From: an uncultured delta proteobacterium
Lineage (GTDB): Bacteria > Desulfobacterota > Syntrophorhabdia > Syntrophorhabdales > WCHB1-27
Assembly: GCA_963750015.1 (NCBI GenBank)
Contig: CAVVPU010000053.1
Span: 3,104 to 67,103 of the forward strand
DNA length: 64,000 bases
Direction: 5' to 3'
Shown: positions 26,733 through 38,285 of the stretch, in pieces
How positions within the stretch are numbered: the stretch's first letter is position 1
Layout: every line of letters starts with the position of its first letter
Notes under the pieces: model-generated
What the model was told of the DNA's origin: nothing
What the model saw: only the letters and a program-made list of their open reading frames with translations
Databases searched by the model: none
Made by a program: the position numbers and the translations under genes

Positions 26733-27725
26733 TTATGGTTCTTCCGCCTTCAGCAAGATTGCCGCTTCTTCCGGAGTGGTGAAAACGGTGTAAAACTGGT
26801 CTTCGCGCTTGAACCTGTATGAATTGATATCCCTCGGAAGGATCTCCACATGCCAATGAAAACAATCGGCCGTACTGACGTTCTCTCCACCGAAGCCATC
26901 CCTCGTATTGGGCGAGGTATGAATCGCGACGGAATATGAGGCCGACACCTTCTCGATCCGCTTCATCGTATCCAGATAGACCTCTGCGAATTCTTCCTGC
27001 GTTGCTTTGTCGTCCCACGCTTCAAAGGCGGGTGTGTGGAGGCGGGGCACGATCCAGACTTCGAAGGCCACCCTCGAGGCAAAAGGACAGAGCACCACGA
27101 AGCGGTCGGTGAGTGTCACTATCCGTTTGGCCTGCCGTGTCTCCTGACTCACCACGTCGCATAAAAGGCACCTTTCCTTGAGCAGGTAGTGGTTCCTGGA
27201 GTTGGCGAGCTCCTGGGCGACCTGCTGAGGCACGATCGGTGTGGCAAGCACGTGAGAGTGGGGATGAAAAATAAAGGAGCCTGTGCCTTCTCCATGGTTC
27301 TTCGAGACCAGCACGTACTTGAACCGGTCGTCTCTTTTCAGGTCGAGGATACGCTCCGTATACATGTCCACCACAAGGGAGACTTCCGAAGGATCGAAGG
27401 CGGAAAGAGTCTTCACGTGAGATGCGCTTTCGACGATCAGCTCGTCCGCTCCCAGGTTCCCCATCTTATCGTAGAAGCCCTCGGCCCTTTTGTTCTCATC
27501 CGCCTCGACCTGAAACACCGGGTTGGCGGCCGAAAAACAGCGCAAGAGCCACCTCCCTTGATGGTCCCGTATCTCCCTTATCGACGGAGGAGTCATTTCT
27601 TCGTTGCCGGGACAAAAAGGGCACAGCCCCGCCGAGTTGGTCTTGGTCTTCTTGAAGTCCACCACCACCCAGTTGCCCCTCAAGGGATCTTTTCTAAACT
27701 CCGCCATAAAAGAACAATAACTCAT
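26733..27725 (-). CDS. GalT-like HIT-superfamily nucleotidyltransferase (galactose-1-phosphate uridylyltransferase / ADP-glucose phosphorylase type)
   Basis: Has the N-terminal Zn site CPFCPGNE and the histidine motif FIFHPHSHVLATP. ATG 27707 is an alternative start. Confidence 0.8.
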   Translation of the reverse strand: MSYCSFMAEFRKDPLRGNWVVVDFKKTKTNSAGLCPFCPGNEEMTPPSIREIRDHQGRWLLRCFSAANPVFQVEADENKRAEGFYDKMGNLGADELIVESASHVKTLSAFDPSEVSLVVDMYTERILDLKRDDRFKYVLVSKNHGEGTGSFIFHPHSHVLATPIVPQQVAQELANSRNHYLLKERCLLCDVVSQETRQAKRIVTLTDRFVVLCPFASRVAFEVWIVPRLHTPAFEAWDDKATQEEFAEVYLDTMKRIEKVSASYSVAIHTSPNTRDGFGGENVSTADCFHWHVEILPRDINSYRFKREDQFYTVFTTPEEAAILLKAEEP

Positions 27726-27921
27726 GAATCGAGCCTTGTAAAGCTTTACCGCCTGGAAACCCGGGTTTTTCAGGAAGCGACCGAAAGCTCACGGGAAGAA
27801 GCGAATCGGCTATACTCGATAGGAAGGATCCCACCACGGCGCCCGGACAGGGCACCGGGCTTGAGCGCCGAAGAAGGACAAAACTTTGACAAGGCCCGCC
27901 ATTCAAGGTTAAAATAGGTTT

Positions 27922-29358
27922 GTGCCATTGAGAATCTATAATTCACTTACAGGAAAAAAAGAAGGCTTCGTGCCCGTGACCGAGGGCAAGGTACGGCTCT
28001 ACGTATGCGGAGTCACTGTATACGATCATTCACATATCGGCCATGCCCGGAGCGCCATCGTGTTCGACGCCGTTTCGCGCTACCTGCGCTCGATCGGCTT
28101 TGACGTGATCTATGTAAGGAACTTTACCGACATCGACGACAAGATCATTAACCGGGCTTCAGCCGAGGGACGGGATTGGAAAGAGGTAGCGGAGGAGCAT
28201 ATCGCCTCCTTTAGGGAGGATATGGCGAGCCTCGGGGTCCTTCCGCCCACCTTCGAGCCCAAGGCCACCGACCACATCGATGACATGATCGCGCTCATAA
28301 AGGAGCTCGTCGAAAAGGGATACGCCTACCAACTGGGTGGAAGCGTCTATTTCTCGGTGACCAAAGATAAGGCGTACGGCACGCTCTCGGGAAGGACCCT
28401 CGACGAGATGATGGCCGGGGTGCGCATAGAGGTGGACGAAAGGAAAAAGGATCCCCTCGATTTCGCTCTCTGGAAGGAATCGAAACCAGGTGAGCCTGCC
28501 TGGGAGAGCCCCTTCGGGAAAGGCCGGCCCGGATGGCATATCGAGTGCTCCACCATGAGCATCAAATACCTCGGCAACCCCTTCGACATGCACGGAGGCG
28601 GCAAAGACCTCGTCTTTCCCCATCATGAGAACGAGCGGGCCCAGGCCGAGTGTGCCACGGGACGGAAGTTCGTCAATTATTGGGTCCACAACGGCTTCGT
28701 CACCATGGAACGGGAGAAGATGTCGAAGTCCCTCGGCAACTTCCTGCTCATCAAAGACTTTCTCAAGCGCTATCATCCCGAGGTGCTTCGCCTTTTCTTC
28801 CTTTCAGCCCACTACCGTAACCCGATCGACTACACCGACAAAGCCGTGGACAACGCGGATGCGGCTTTGACCCGGCTTTATACCACTCTGGAGAGGGTCT
28901 CTGAAATAAAGGGAATAGACACCGTGTCGCCTCAGGCCAATGAAGAGATCGGGGTCTTGGAGGCGAAGTTCATTTCTGCCATGGAAGATGATTTCAATAC
29001 TGCCTTGGCCCTTGCCTCTGTCTTTGACCTCGCCACTGCCATAAACCGCATGCTCGACGAGGGTAACCGCTCCGTCCTCCCCTTCGTAGTCCGGGGACGG
29101 GATCTCGTCGTCTCCCTCTCCCGTCTGCTTGGTCTTCTCTTAGATGACGTCGCCTCTTTCATGAATTTTCAGGCACGCCATCACCTTGCGGGGGTCGGTC
29201 TCGACGAGGCCGCAATCGAAGGGCTCATCAATCGCAGAGCAGAAGCCCGTCAAGGGAAGGATTTCAAGAAAGCCGACGAGATCAGGGACGAGCTTCTCGA
29301 GAAGGGTATTACCCTGCTCGATTCTCCGCAGGGAACCAAATGGAGAGTCAAAAAGTGA
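27922..29358 (+). CDS. cysS: cysteine--tRNA ligase
   Basis: Has HIGHARS (HIGH) and KMSKSLGN (KMSKS). GTG start. Confidence 0.95.
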   Translation: MPLRIYNSLTGKKEGFVPVTEGKVRLYVCGVTVYDHSHIGHARSAIVFDAVSRYLRSIGFDVIYVRNFTDIDDKIINRASAEGRDWKEVAEEHIASFREDMASLGVLPPTFEPKATDHIDDMIALIKELVEKGYAYQLGGSVYFSVTKDKAYGTLSGRTLDEMMAGVRIEVDERKKDPLDFALWKESKPGEPAWESPFGKGRPGWHIECSTMSIKYLGNPFDMHGGGKDLVFPHHENERAQAECATGRKFVNYWVHNGFVTMEREKMSKSLGNFLLIKDFLKRYHPEVLRLFFLSAHYRNPIDYTDKAVDNADAALTRLYTTLERVSEIKGIDTVSPQANEEIGVLEAKFISAMEDDFNTALALASVFDLATAINRMLDEGNRSVLPFVVRGRDLVVSLSRLLGLLLDDVASFMNFQARHHLAGVGLDEAAIEGLINRRAEARQGKDFKKADEIRDELLEKGITLLDSPQGTKWRVKK

Positions 29359-29412
29359 CCCGTCCGGGCTCCTCCCCGTCCTGCATCACCGCAGACCCCT
29401 TCCGATAGGCCT

Positions 29413-29949
29413 ATGCTGGAAAAGTGGGAGCTCCTTAGTTCCAGGGTAGATAAAGACTACGGGATCTTCAAGGTCAGGGTGGACTCGGCTCGCTCCCCGA
29501 GGACCAACAGGGTTAACGAATTCTACACTCTGGAGTCGGGCAAATGGGTCAACGTGATACCCCTCACGCCGGAAGGCGAGGTAGTCATGATACGCCAGTA
29601 CCGACACGGCAGCCGCGAGATGAGCCTGGAAATACCGGGCGGCCTCGTCGAGGGGGAAGACCCGCGGTGCGCAGCTCTGAGAGAGCTGGTCGAAGAGACG
29701 GGCTATGAGGGAAGCCGGGTAACTTTTCTCGGCAAAGTGAGCCCCAACCCTGCCCTATTTAATAACCTCTGCTACACCTACCTGGTCGAAGACGCGAGAA
29801 GGACGCAGGGTCTGAACCTGGATGAAGGTGAGGACATAGAGGTCGATCTCATCCCCCTGGCCCGCATTCCGTCCCTCATCAGCGAGGGCAGGATAAACCA
29901 CGCCCTCGTCATCGCCGCCTTTTACTTCTACTTGAACAGGAAGCCTTGA
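29413..29949 (+). CDS. NUDIX hydrolase (ADP-ribose pyrophosphatase-like)
   Basis: Nudix box GGLVEGEDPRCAALRELVEETGY. Confidence 0.85.
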   Translation: MLEKWELLSSRVDKDYGIFKVRVDSARSPRTNRVNEFYTLESGKWVNVIPLTPEGEVVMIRQYRHGSREMSLEIPGGLVEGEDPRCAALRELVEETGYEGSRVTFLGKVSPNPALFNNLCYTYLVEDARRTQGLNLDEGEDIEVDLIPLARIPSLISEGRINHALVIAAFYFYLNRKP

Positions 29950-29957
29950 GGTAGTCC

Positions 29958-31070
29958 TTGACGACCTTCTCCGATATCCTCGACGTTATCGACAGCCACG
30001 TTCATTTGGGCTCCACGGAAACGATTCCCCTCGCCGCCGCTTACGACCGGGTTCTGGCAAGGTCGATCTCCTCCAGCAAGGCCGTGCCGCCCTTCGACGT
30101 GTCGGCCCTCGACGGATACGCTCTCAAAGGCGCGGGCACGCAATTTACTCTAAAGGGTCTCCTTTCTCCCTTTTCCGCCGTTCCTTCCCGCATGAGGGCG
30201 AAAGAGGCGTTCTTCGTGCCCACCGGAGGCCGCTTTCCACTGGGCGCGCGGTTTGTCATGAGGGAGCATGTAGTCGAGTCCGGGGACCTGGTAGAGGCAG
30301 AGACCGGCCTCGACGAAAGGCGAATCGTGAAGAAGGGGGATTGGCTCGCACGAGGAAAGGTTGTCATGAAACGCGGCGACCGGTTCACTCCCGAGACCAT
30401 GGCGCTGGCTGCCCTCGCCGGGACGCGCGTCATTCACGTATACGGCCGGCCGTCAGTCGCCCTCATCGCCACGGGAAGCGAGCTGAAAAGCGGACTCATG
30501 GCCGACTCCAACGGCTTTCTGCTCGCAGGGCTGGTTCAGAGGGATGGCGGCGAAGTGGCCGGCATCTACACGGCGGACGACGAGATCGGTGAGATCTCCA
30601 GGATCGTGGAAGATGCACGGGGGGCTGATCTACTGATCCTCACGGGAGGAACATCCCAAGGGAAAAAGGACCTCACCAGAGAGGCGATGCGTCGCTGCGG
30701 TGCTCGCATCCTTCTCGACGCCCCACCCGTGATACCGGGAAAGACCATGGCCTTCGGCAGAAAAGGATCGACCCCCTTCTTCATCCTACCGGGTAATCCC
30801 AAGGCGATCCGCACCTTGTACGAAGTCTTCGTGAAGAGATGCCTCCACATTATAGCCGGGCGAGAGCCGCTGAGGAAGGAACAAAAGGTTCCCCTGCCCG
30901 AGGCGTTCAGGAAAGCCGAGGGGGTCATCTCCCTGGTCCCGGTGCTTCTCGAACACCGGGAGGAAGCCATAGCCCGCATGTATCCCGCAGAGCCGAACGG
31001 GTTCATCGTGCTCGAAGGGAAGCAGGACCTAATCCCCGCGGGGACGTTGGTGAAGGTGCTGGAGCCCTGA
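29958..31070 (+). CDS. moeA: MoeA-like molybdopterin molybdenumtransferase
   Basis: Has MoeA N-domain features and the MoCF domain (IATGSEL.., LLILTGGTSQGKKD). TTG start; somewhat short at 370 aa. Confidence 0.75.
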   Translation: MTTFSDILDVIDSHVHLGSTETIPLAAAYDRVLARSISSSKAVPPFDVSALDGYALKGAGTQFTLKGLLSPFSAVPSRMRAKEAFFVPTGGRFPLGARFVMREHVVESGDLVEAETGLDERRIVKKGDWLARGKVVMKRGDRFTPETMALAALAGTRVIHVYGRPSVALIATGSELKSGLMADSNGFLLAGLVQRDGGEVAGIYTADDEIGEISRIVEDARGADLLILTGGTSQGKKDLTREAMRRCGARILLDAPPVIPGKTMAFGRKGSTPFFILPGNPKAIRTLYEVFVKRCLHIIAGREPLRKEQKVPLPEAFRKAEGVISLVPVLLEHREEAIARMYPAEPNGFIVLEGKQDLIPAGTLVKVLEP

Positions 31071-31221
31071 GGACCTTTTTGTCATAGGTCCTATCGGTCC
31101 TATAAGACCTATTCTTCTCCGTTGAAAAAACTGCCCGACGATAGGTTGCACAGTACCAAGTCGCGGCCAGACCCCATTGTCCGTCCTCCGGCCCGAACAG
31201 GCCTCATCTTGCCGGCGGCCC

Positions 31222-31950
31222 CTATCGCAGGGATACGGAACCCTTGATGGGAAGGTGATCCGAGGCGATGCGGGCTAGGCTGCTCCGATGAACCAGGGAG
31301 TGCACGAAGGCGTCCTCCGGCCATACGAAGATCCGATCGAGGGGAAGCACGGGGAGCCTCGACGGGAATGTGGGCAGCGAAGGTGATGTGTTGAAGGAGG
31401 CGCGCAGACAGGAGAGGGCCCTTGCCCGCGGGATCCATTCATTCATGTCGCCGAGCAGGATGGTCGGGCAGAGAAGTTCCTTCTCTCCGATAATGTCGAG
31501 GAGATTCATAACCTGCTTCTTTCGCTCTACCCTTCCAAGGCCGAGGTGGGCCACAATCACACGGACCCTCTTGCCGTGGCAGAGAAGGTCCACGTCCAGG
31601 GCGCCCCTGGGCCATTTCCCGGGAAGGCTCAGATCGATCTGGCGGGACGAGCAGACGTCGAAGCGGGTGAGCAGGGCGTTTCCGAAGCGGCGATGCCCCT
31701 TGAGCACGGTAGGGCCGGCTATCGCCTTCAGGCCGGACAAACGGGCCAGGTTCTCTATCTGATGCGCCCCATCCAGAGATACGGTGGAGAGGGCGACCTC
31801 CTGCAGGCCCAGGATGTCGACACGAAGCTCCCTGATCACCCTGGCGATCCGCTCCGGGTGATGGAGCCCGTCGAGTCCGACGCAACGATGAACGTTATAG
31901 GATGCGACATGGAGTAGATCGGTAACACTCTTGTCTTGATTTCTTTTCAT
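31222..31950 (-). CDS. endonuclease/exonuclease/phosphatase (EEP) family protein
   Basis: Has SYNVHRCVG, LGLQEV and ..SDHLPI at the C-terminus. Confidence 0.8.
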   Translation of the reverse strand: MKRNQDKSVTDLLHVASYNVHRCVGLDGLHHPERIARVIRELRVDILGLQEVALSTVSLDGAHQIENLARLSGLKAIAGPTVLKGHRRFGNALLTRFDVCSSRQIDLSLPGKWPRGALDVDLLCHGKRVRVIVAHLGLGRVERKKQVMNLLDIIGEKELLCPTILLGDMNEWIPRARALSCLRASFNTSPSLPTFPSRLPVLPLDRIFVWPEDAFVHSLVHRSSLARIASDHLPIKGSVSLR

Positions 31951-32220
31951 TGCCTCGTACCTATTCCTGCCTTAAGCTTTCCGACAACGGGACACCGACC
32001 GCTTCCAGTGCTCTTCCGCGCACACACCCCATGATGGCAGGGCATTGGAAGAGTGATGACAAGCGCACCCGGGAATAGCCCGATGCCCTGTCGATCCGGA
32101 AATCGTTAGTGTCCTTAAGTTTATCCATTGTGAGTTGACCAGGTTGAGGATAAACATCGTAGTTCCGGGAAGTTATAATAACACAGAAAGGCGGGGACGT
32201 ACAATGGGGGGTGGGAGCAG

Positions 32221-32258
32221 GGCACAGGCAAAGGCAAGGCGCGGCAAGGGCAAGGCAT
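32221..32258 (-). repeat. degenerate GCAAGG-type tandem repeat flanking A3
   Basis: GGCACAGGCAAAGGCAAGGCGCGGCAAGGGCAAGGCA. Confidence 0.6.
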
Positions 32259-32281
32259 CTAAGGACCATTGCCCGTTGAGC

Positions 32282-32575
32282 GCGTATGGCACCCGATCCT
32301 CTCGCACATCAGGCTCCGCTCCCGACCACCGTAAGCTCCACTTGAGCTTGATGTGCATGGTGGCGTCCGAGCTAAAAGCAGTTCGAGCATGACACATCAT
32401 CCTTCGGACCGCTCAAGCTCCGCTAACGCTGGTTAACGGTCGCTTAAGCAATATGTGCGAGAGGATCGGGTGCCATACGCTTATGGGACTGCCAGGGGGA
32501 AAATGCCTGTGCGCTGAAAAGAAGAAAGGGAATGGAGGGAATGTAACGGGCGGCCCGTAAGGCCGCCGGGCGATG
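32282..32575 (-). repeat. Family-A structured repeat, copy A3 (reverse)
   Basis: The arms GCGTATGGCACCCGATCCTCTCGCACA (32282-32308) and TGTGCGAGAGGATCGGGTGCCATACGC (32454-32480) pair at 27/27, with two compensated substitutions relative to A1. The terminal hairpin GGCGGCCCGTAAGGCCGCC is at 32549-32567. Confidence 0.85.
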
Positions 32576-33033
32576 GGCCACGGCATATCCACCCGGCCAC
32601 TACAGTGGTGTCTAGTTCAGGTTCAGGAAAATCCAGGCCCTTGGGGTGTAATCTTCAAGGTCTGACCGACGAAAATGTTGGGGGCCCCTTCCTGCAGTGG
32701 TTATGTTCCACTATTCGCTTGCAAGCATCGATTGCAGGTGGTAATCAGTGGTTATTGAACGGCCATTTATGGCGACAAGAAGAGACGGTGATGCAGTCTT
32801 CATCATACAAAAAGCTACAATAGATTGGAGCGGCCATACAAGTTGTTGTGTATACTCAATTATTTGTGCATAAAGGAAAGATGATGCGAGAATCGGCTTA
32901 CATCCACGGAACCCACCCCGAAGAGATACCCGTGAAAGCCTCCTCTTTCCGTGCTTATACTATATACGAACATGCGAACGTAACCCACCATCTGCCCACC
33001 TGCCTGCGCGGCACCTTCTACTCATGACCTCTC

Positions 33034-33530
33034 GTGGGGGGGAGAATGGATAGCAAGGATAGTATAGAGTTCCTGAATGGATCGCAGAGCCCGGGATATT
33101 CCTCTTTCCGGTGCGGACGCCTTACTATCCTGTACGGAATATTCATTCTGCTCGGGTCATGCCTGATCTGTCCTCACAGTCACCTCCTTTTCCATAACAT
33201 TTTAGAAATGTTCAGCTTTTTGATAGCGTTTTGCATATTTGTGATCGCCTGGAACTCAAGACGGTTTCTCGATAGCATCTTGTCCCCTTTTCATCGGCAT
33301 TGCTTTTCTGTGTGCGGGATTCATTGATATAGTTCGCACACCTGCTTACAGAGGAATGGGCGTGCTCCGTGGATATGACCCTAATTTACCTACCTAGCGC
33401 CAATGAGTCTGAAGGGACCGGCATGGGGCTGGCCAATGTCCGCCGGATCATCAGCCGACTCGGCGGCAGAACCCGGGCGGAGGGCGAAGTCAATCAGGGC
33501 GCGACGTCTTACTTTTCACTGCCTCAAACG
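33034..33530 (+). pseudogene. MASE3-type sensor histidine kinase remnant (internal deletion)
   Basis: A MASE3-like TM region (HLLFHNILEMFSFLIAFCIFVIAWNSRRFLD) runs after frame breaks straight into a HATPase_c tail ([38 protein letters not shown]). The HisKA domain and most of the catalytic domain are missing. Confidence 0.6.
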
Positions 33531-33736
33531 AGGCCAGGGACTCGAACACGGGGACTCTATTGGGTCAGGGGGTTTGAAGGCTTTGGATGTCTTTTGCGAT
33601 GGGGACTAGTTCGGAAAGAAAAGAGTTGGCGAATACCATTGAAATCCAGAAATCCGACACAGAACGGGGACGGGGACCGGCTTCCTGCACGCCTAAACGA
33701 GAAAAGAATCGAGACTCATTTCAAGGGAGGTTTGTC

Positions 33737-34252
33737 ATGAATGAATCGAGTAAAGAAATCGAAATGGGATTCACGAAAGGCTTTTTTCCTGAACACGGCG
33801 ACATCTGTCTGATCTATGAGAATGATGAGCAGCGCCGAAGGATCGTTTCAGAATACATGGCAGCCGGCATTAGACAGGGAGAACTGGTTCGGTATTTCGC
33901 GGACTCGACAACACCCGAAAAGATTCGTTCGTGGCTCCTGGAAATAGGGGTGGCGCTCCCGGAAGCCGAGCAAAATGGCGCTTTCACCATATCGAGAGCT
34001 GAAAGCGTCTACTGCCGAAGGAGAGTTCGAACTCAGGTAATGATAGACGGGACGGAACACCGATACGGCCAGGCCAAGGAGGCCGGTTATAGCGGCGTTC
34101 GCAGTTGTGGTGAGATGACCTGGGTGTTCAGAGGTATTCCCGGTTCCGACCGCTGGCTGGAGTATGAAGCTTTGCTTAACACCGTCACCGCCAAACTTTC
34201 CCCATACGGGGATGTGCCAATACGACGCCCGCTGACAGAGACACGCTGTTGA
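33737..34252 (+). CDS. MEDS-domain protein, possibly degraded
   Basis: ATG follows [54 protein letters not shown] resembles MEDS sensory domains. The C-terminal ~20 codons read better in another frame ([12 protein letters not shown]..). Confidence 0.5.
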   Translation: MNESSKEIEMGFTKGFFPEHGDICLIYENDEQRRRIVSEYMAAGIRQGELVRYFADSTTPEKIRSWLLEIGVALPEAEQNGAFTISRAESVYCRRRVRTQVMIDGTEHRYGQAKEAGYSGVRSCGEMTWVFRGIPGSDRWLEYEALLNTVTAKLSPYGDVPIRRPLTETRC

Positions 34253-34397
34253 ATGTGTCAGGTGATCTTATATAGCAAGGGCAGGTTGTAGGAATCCTTA
34301 CTACACAAGGCCGGAGGAGTATCTGGCAAGCTAAGATAAAAGGAACGGGAGAAGAATATAGGACCTCCATGGGGAGCGACACGAGTGAGAGAGGCGG

Positions 34398-36625
34398 TTG
34401 GAAGAAATCGATGCCCGGTCCTGGTCAGATTATAGCGGCGCGGATCTCTGTTCGTGCTGCCGACCAGAAAGAATATCACCGAGTTTATGCGAAATCGTTG
34501 TCATGTATACAGGTGTACACTCCTGCCGCGTTTGCCTAGGACATTCCTCTTCACAGGAGGGGGCATTTGACGAAAAGCCATGCAGCGAGTGCGAAAACGC
34601 TCTGCAAAAGGAAGGAGAAACCGCTACTATCTCCAAGGATTTCGCATGCAAGTTGCAGGAATTACCACATTTTTGCGTTATTGCATTAGAAACGATTGAC
34701 CGTCGCTTCGGTTTCTTGATCTTCCGCGTTGATCAAGCCGGATTGTTTGAACTATACAAACCTTTTGTTATTAACCTTGGAAATCTCGTCGCCCTTTCTC
34801 TGGAAAACCGTCTGCAAAAAAACGATCTGCAGCAGGCGCGAGACGTACTTGAACGAAGGGTAGCAGAGCGTACGGAACAGTTGGGAAGTGCCAACAGGCG
34901 CCTGAAAGAGGACATCACCGAACGTGAACGGGCCGAGGAGGCCCTCCGCCGCCTCAACCGCGAACTGCGAGCCATCAGCAACTGTAACCAGGTCTTGATG
35001 CGGGCAGAGAACGAGCAGACCTTGCTCAACGACATCTGCCGTATCGTTCACGACGAGGCCGGCTACCGCATGGCCTGGGTGGGGTATGCCGACAACGATG
35101 AGGCAAAGACCATACGCCCTGTCGCCTGGGCCGGGGTCGAGGATGGGTATCTCGCAACGGCCAATATCACCTGGGCCGACGCGGAACGGGGGCGCGGCCC
35201 TGGCGGCACAGCCATCCGGAGCGGCGAAACAGTCTATGTTCAGGATTTCACCACCGACCCGCGAATGGCCCCGTGGCGCGAGGATGCCTTGCAGCGCGGC
35301 TATCGCTCCACTATCGCCCTACCCCTTAAAGACGAGAGCGCGAAGGCATTCGGCGTTCTCCTCATTTATTCCATGGAGATCAGCGCATTTACCCCTGACG
35401 AACTCCGGCTTCTTGAGGAGCTTGCAGGCGATCTGGCATTCGGCATCAACGTGCTGCGAACCCGCAGCAAGCGTAAGGCGGCCGAAGAGACAGTCGGACG
35501 GTTGAACGCCGACCTCTCCGCAACCCTTCAGGCGATCCCCGACCTGCTGTTCGAACTGGATCAGACGGCACATATGTCAACATATGGGCGCGGAATCCGA
35601 CCTCCTTGCACGGGAAAAAGAAGTCCTGCTTGGCCATACCGTCTCCGGTATGCTCGCGCCGGATGCCGCGCAAATCGTCATGGAGTCGATTCACGAGGCT
35701 GACGAAAAGGGCTCTTCCTACGGGAACACAATCTCCATCGAGCTTCCCGACGGCGCACGATGGATAGAGACTATCCAGATCCAAGAAGACCGGTGCCGAT
35801 GCCCTTCCGGCCGCTTCATGAGTTGTCCCGTGATATCACCGGGCGTAAGAGGGCTTGTCGAGGAAGAGATCCGTAAACTTAACTAGGAACTGGAACAACG
35901 TGTCGGGGACCGTTCCATATAACGCCAGGCCGGCGAACAAGGTAGCTGGAGGCGTTGTGCGTACTCGGTGTCCCACGACCTGCGCGCGCCCTTGCGCCAC
36001 ATTGACGGCTTTCTGGAACTGCTCCGACAGCGGCTGCCCAAGACCCTCGATGAACAAAGTGAACACCACATGAATGCTATCGCCACTTCTGCAAAAGACA
36101 TGGGAATACTGATTGATGATCTCCTCTCCTTCTCACGCATGGGGCGGTACTGAAATGTCCAAAGAGGCAAGTGGACCTTGCAAGCTCTGGTGCAGGAGGT
36201 AATCAGAGACTTTGAACCGGAGACCGCGGACAGATCCGTCCGCTGGCAGATCGCTGACCTTCCCGTGGTCAGAGGAGATCAGGCCATGCTGCGGGTAGTG
36301 CTGGTCAACTTGATCTCGAACAGCTTGAAATTCACCCGGCTTGTACGCCGGCAGAAATAGAAATAGCCGGGAGTCCGGCCAGGAAGGTGAAACCATCCTC
36401 TTCGTGCGCGACAATGGGGCGGGCTTTGACATGCAGTATGCCGACCGGCTCTTCGGCGTCTTTCGGCGCCTGCATCGGGCGGACGAATTTGAAGGCATCG
36501 GGATCGGCCTCGCCAACGTCCGCCGGATAATCACCAGACACGGCGGCAGGACCTGGGCGGAAGGGGAGGTCGACCACGGTGCGACGTTCTGCTTCTCTCT
36601 GCCTTCGAAAACGGAGGGACAATGA
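34398..36625 (+). pseudogene. multi-domain GAF/PAS sensor histidine kinase broken into at least 5 ORFs
   Basis: The domains run in consecutive frames. Coiled coil plus GAF lies in 34398..35702, PAS in 35584..35886, and HisKA ([18 protein letters not shown]) in 35968..36153. HATPase_c is split over 36178..36360 and 36341..36625 ([26 protein letters not shown]). Confidence 0.7.
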
Positions 36626-37083
36626 ATACGGATTCGCCGCTCAAACGGATGCTTCTGGTGGAAGACGATCCGAAGGACGTCGAGCTTACGCTCACCGCAC
36701 TCGCAGATTACCACCTCGCCAACGAGATTGCGGTTGCCTGCGACGGGGTTGAAGCGCTTGATTATCTCTATCAACGGGGGTCCTTCTCCACCCGCCCCGA
36801 GGGGAACCCTGTCGTGATCCTGCTCGATATCAAGCTGCCCAAGCTGGATGGCATCCAAGTCTTGAGGCACCTCAAATCGGACGAGCGTATGCGTTCCATT
36901 CCCATCGTCATACTGACATCCTCCTGTGAAGATCGCGATCTGGACGAGTGCTACAAGCTTGGTGTGAACGCCTACGTCGTGAAGCCCGTTCGATTCACGG
37001 AGTTTGTTGACACCGTCAAGACAATCGGTGTGTTTTGGGCTCTCATCAATGAACCGCCTCCCGGCAGCGTAAGGAAGGGATGA
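36622..37083 (+). CDS. stand-alone response regulator receiver protein
   Basis: Has [24 protein letters not shown] and VVKP. Its start overlaps the kinase stop (ATGA). Confidence 0.85.
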   Translation: MNTDSPLKRMLLVEDDPKDVELTLTALADYHLANEIAVACDGVEALDYLYQRGSFSTRPEGNPVVILLDIKLPKLDGIQVLRHLKSDERMRSIPIVILTSSCEDRDLDECYKLGVNAYVVKPVRFTEFVDTVKTIGVFWALINEPPPGSVRKG

Positions 37084-37577
37084 CCGGGGGCGCTCGTGTC
37101 CGCGCGTGCGCGCCTGACATGGCGCTGTGGGCTTCACTGCGTCATCTTTTTGTCGATGGGTCCTCTCTATTTCTGGTGCATTTTTGTGCGCAACAGGCCG
37201 GGGAAAGCCGTTTTTGAACCGACGGGAGCAAGAATACATCCTTCAGTCGAGCCCGAAGGAACACTCTCAGGCAGACAGGCGGAATAGATGGGCCGGATCG
37301 ATGCCCTGATCCTGGTCAGACGGGGCATGTTGGCCCTGGACACCAACACCCGGGTCTAAGACCCGGCCGGTGTCGGAACATCCTTCCCTAGTCCCCCGCT
37401 TGCAATCCTTGCGCTGGATGGACGTGTGCTCCACGGAAAGTGACCGAAATCACGTCCGGGCCTCATTGGTTCTATTGCAGCACTATACCGGCATTCCTCA
37501 AGAATTCTTGAACGTCGAGGGGCATCATTTGTAGGTGAATGTACTACGTGTAGGCAGTGGAAATCTTGTTCTGCCTT

Positions 37578-37840
37578 TGGCGGCCTTCAGGGACGCCGCT
37601 CTTATTCAATTGGTGCTGGTGTGCGCATCCTATGAAGGCCGGAGCCGCGCTCTCTTTGATGATACGGCGACCCGTGCCACCGGCCGGTCGGATGGGAGGG
37701 ATCGTGAGCTGTGGATGGGCTGTCGTGCCTCATAGACCGCAGGCGTACTTAACGTACGCCGGGGCGTCATGAGGTGCGGCAGAGCGCCGCAGATCGCGAT
37801 CTCTCCCAGCCGACCGGCCACACCTCGTGCCCTCACTCGT
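37578..37840 (+). repeat. Family-B structured repeat, long variant (copy B6, forward)
   Basis: The stem pairs GGCCGGTCGGATGGGAGGGATCG with CGATCTCTCCCAGCCGACCGGCC. Inner hairpin is GGCGTAC-TTAAC-GTACGCC. Confidence 0.85.
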
Positions 37841-37980
37841 CCCCTTGCCCCTTTGACTCCCTGGACTCTTTCCGAGAAGCGCATCGACAAACAAATCCGC
37901 TGTGTGCCCCGGGCCGGCGCGGCCGCTTACATTGCGGCCATTCGCCGATTATAATAGTATTGGTAAAGAACAGGGGTGCC

Positions 37981-38265
37981 ATGGATACAACGGATCAGAT
38001 ACCTGACGGAGAATTGCTCATCTCTTTGCGAATGGATTTCATGCAGGCCCTTCAGCGGGATGACTTCAGCCGCATAAACCGCGTCATCCTACCCCTTTTT
38101 CTCGGACGCTTCCGGCAGCATTACGAAGAATACGCGCGGAACTGGAAGAGCGTCTCCGTCACCCACGGGTCGGTCAGGCTGGTCATCGACCCGCATCACA
38201 GGGAGGAGATGGAGATCGAATGGGCGGAACACGTGCTCAAGGGCGAAATCGATCTGATCCTCTGA
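37981..38265 (+). CDS. hypothetical protein (94 aa)
   Basis: ATG 37981 lies downstream of repeat B6. The longer ORF-track start lies inside the repeat. No motif recognised. Confidence 0.45.
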   Translation: MDTTDQIPDGELLISLRMDFMQALQRDDFSRINRVILPLFLGRFRQHYEEYARNWKSVSVTHGSVRLVIDPHHREEMEIEWAEHVLKGEIDLIL

Positions 38266-38285
38266 GACTGGTTCTCGTGTGCCTA

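Noticed and set aside
26461-27018. 185-aa ORF overlapping the galT-like gene
   Set aside because: Only the last 79 codons (26461..26700) have an RBS and a membrane-protein character. The rest overlaps a well-supported gene in another frame.
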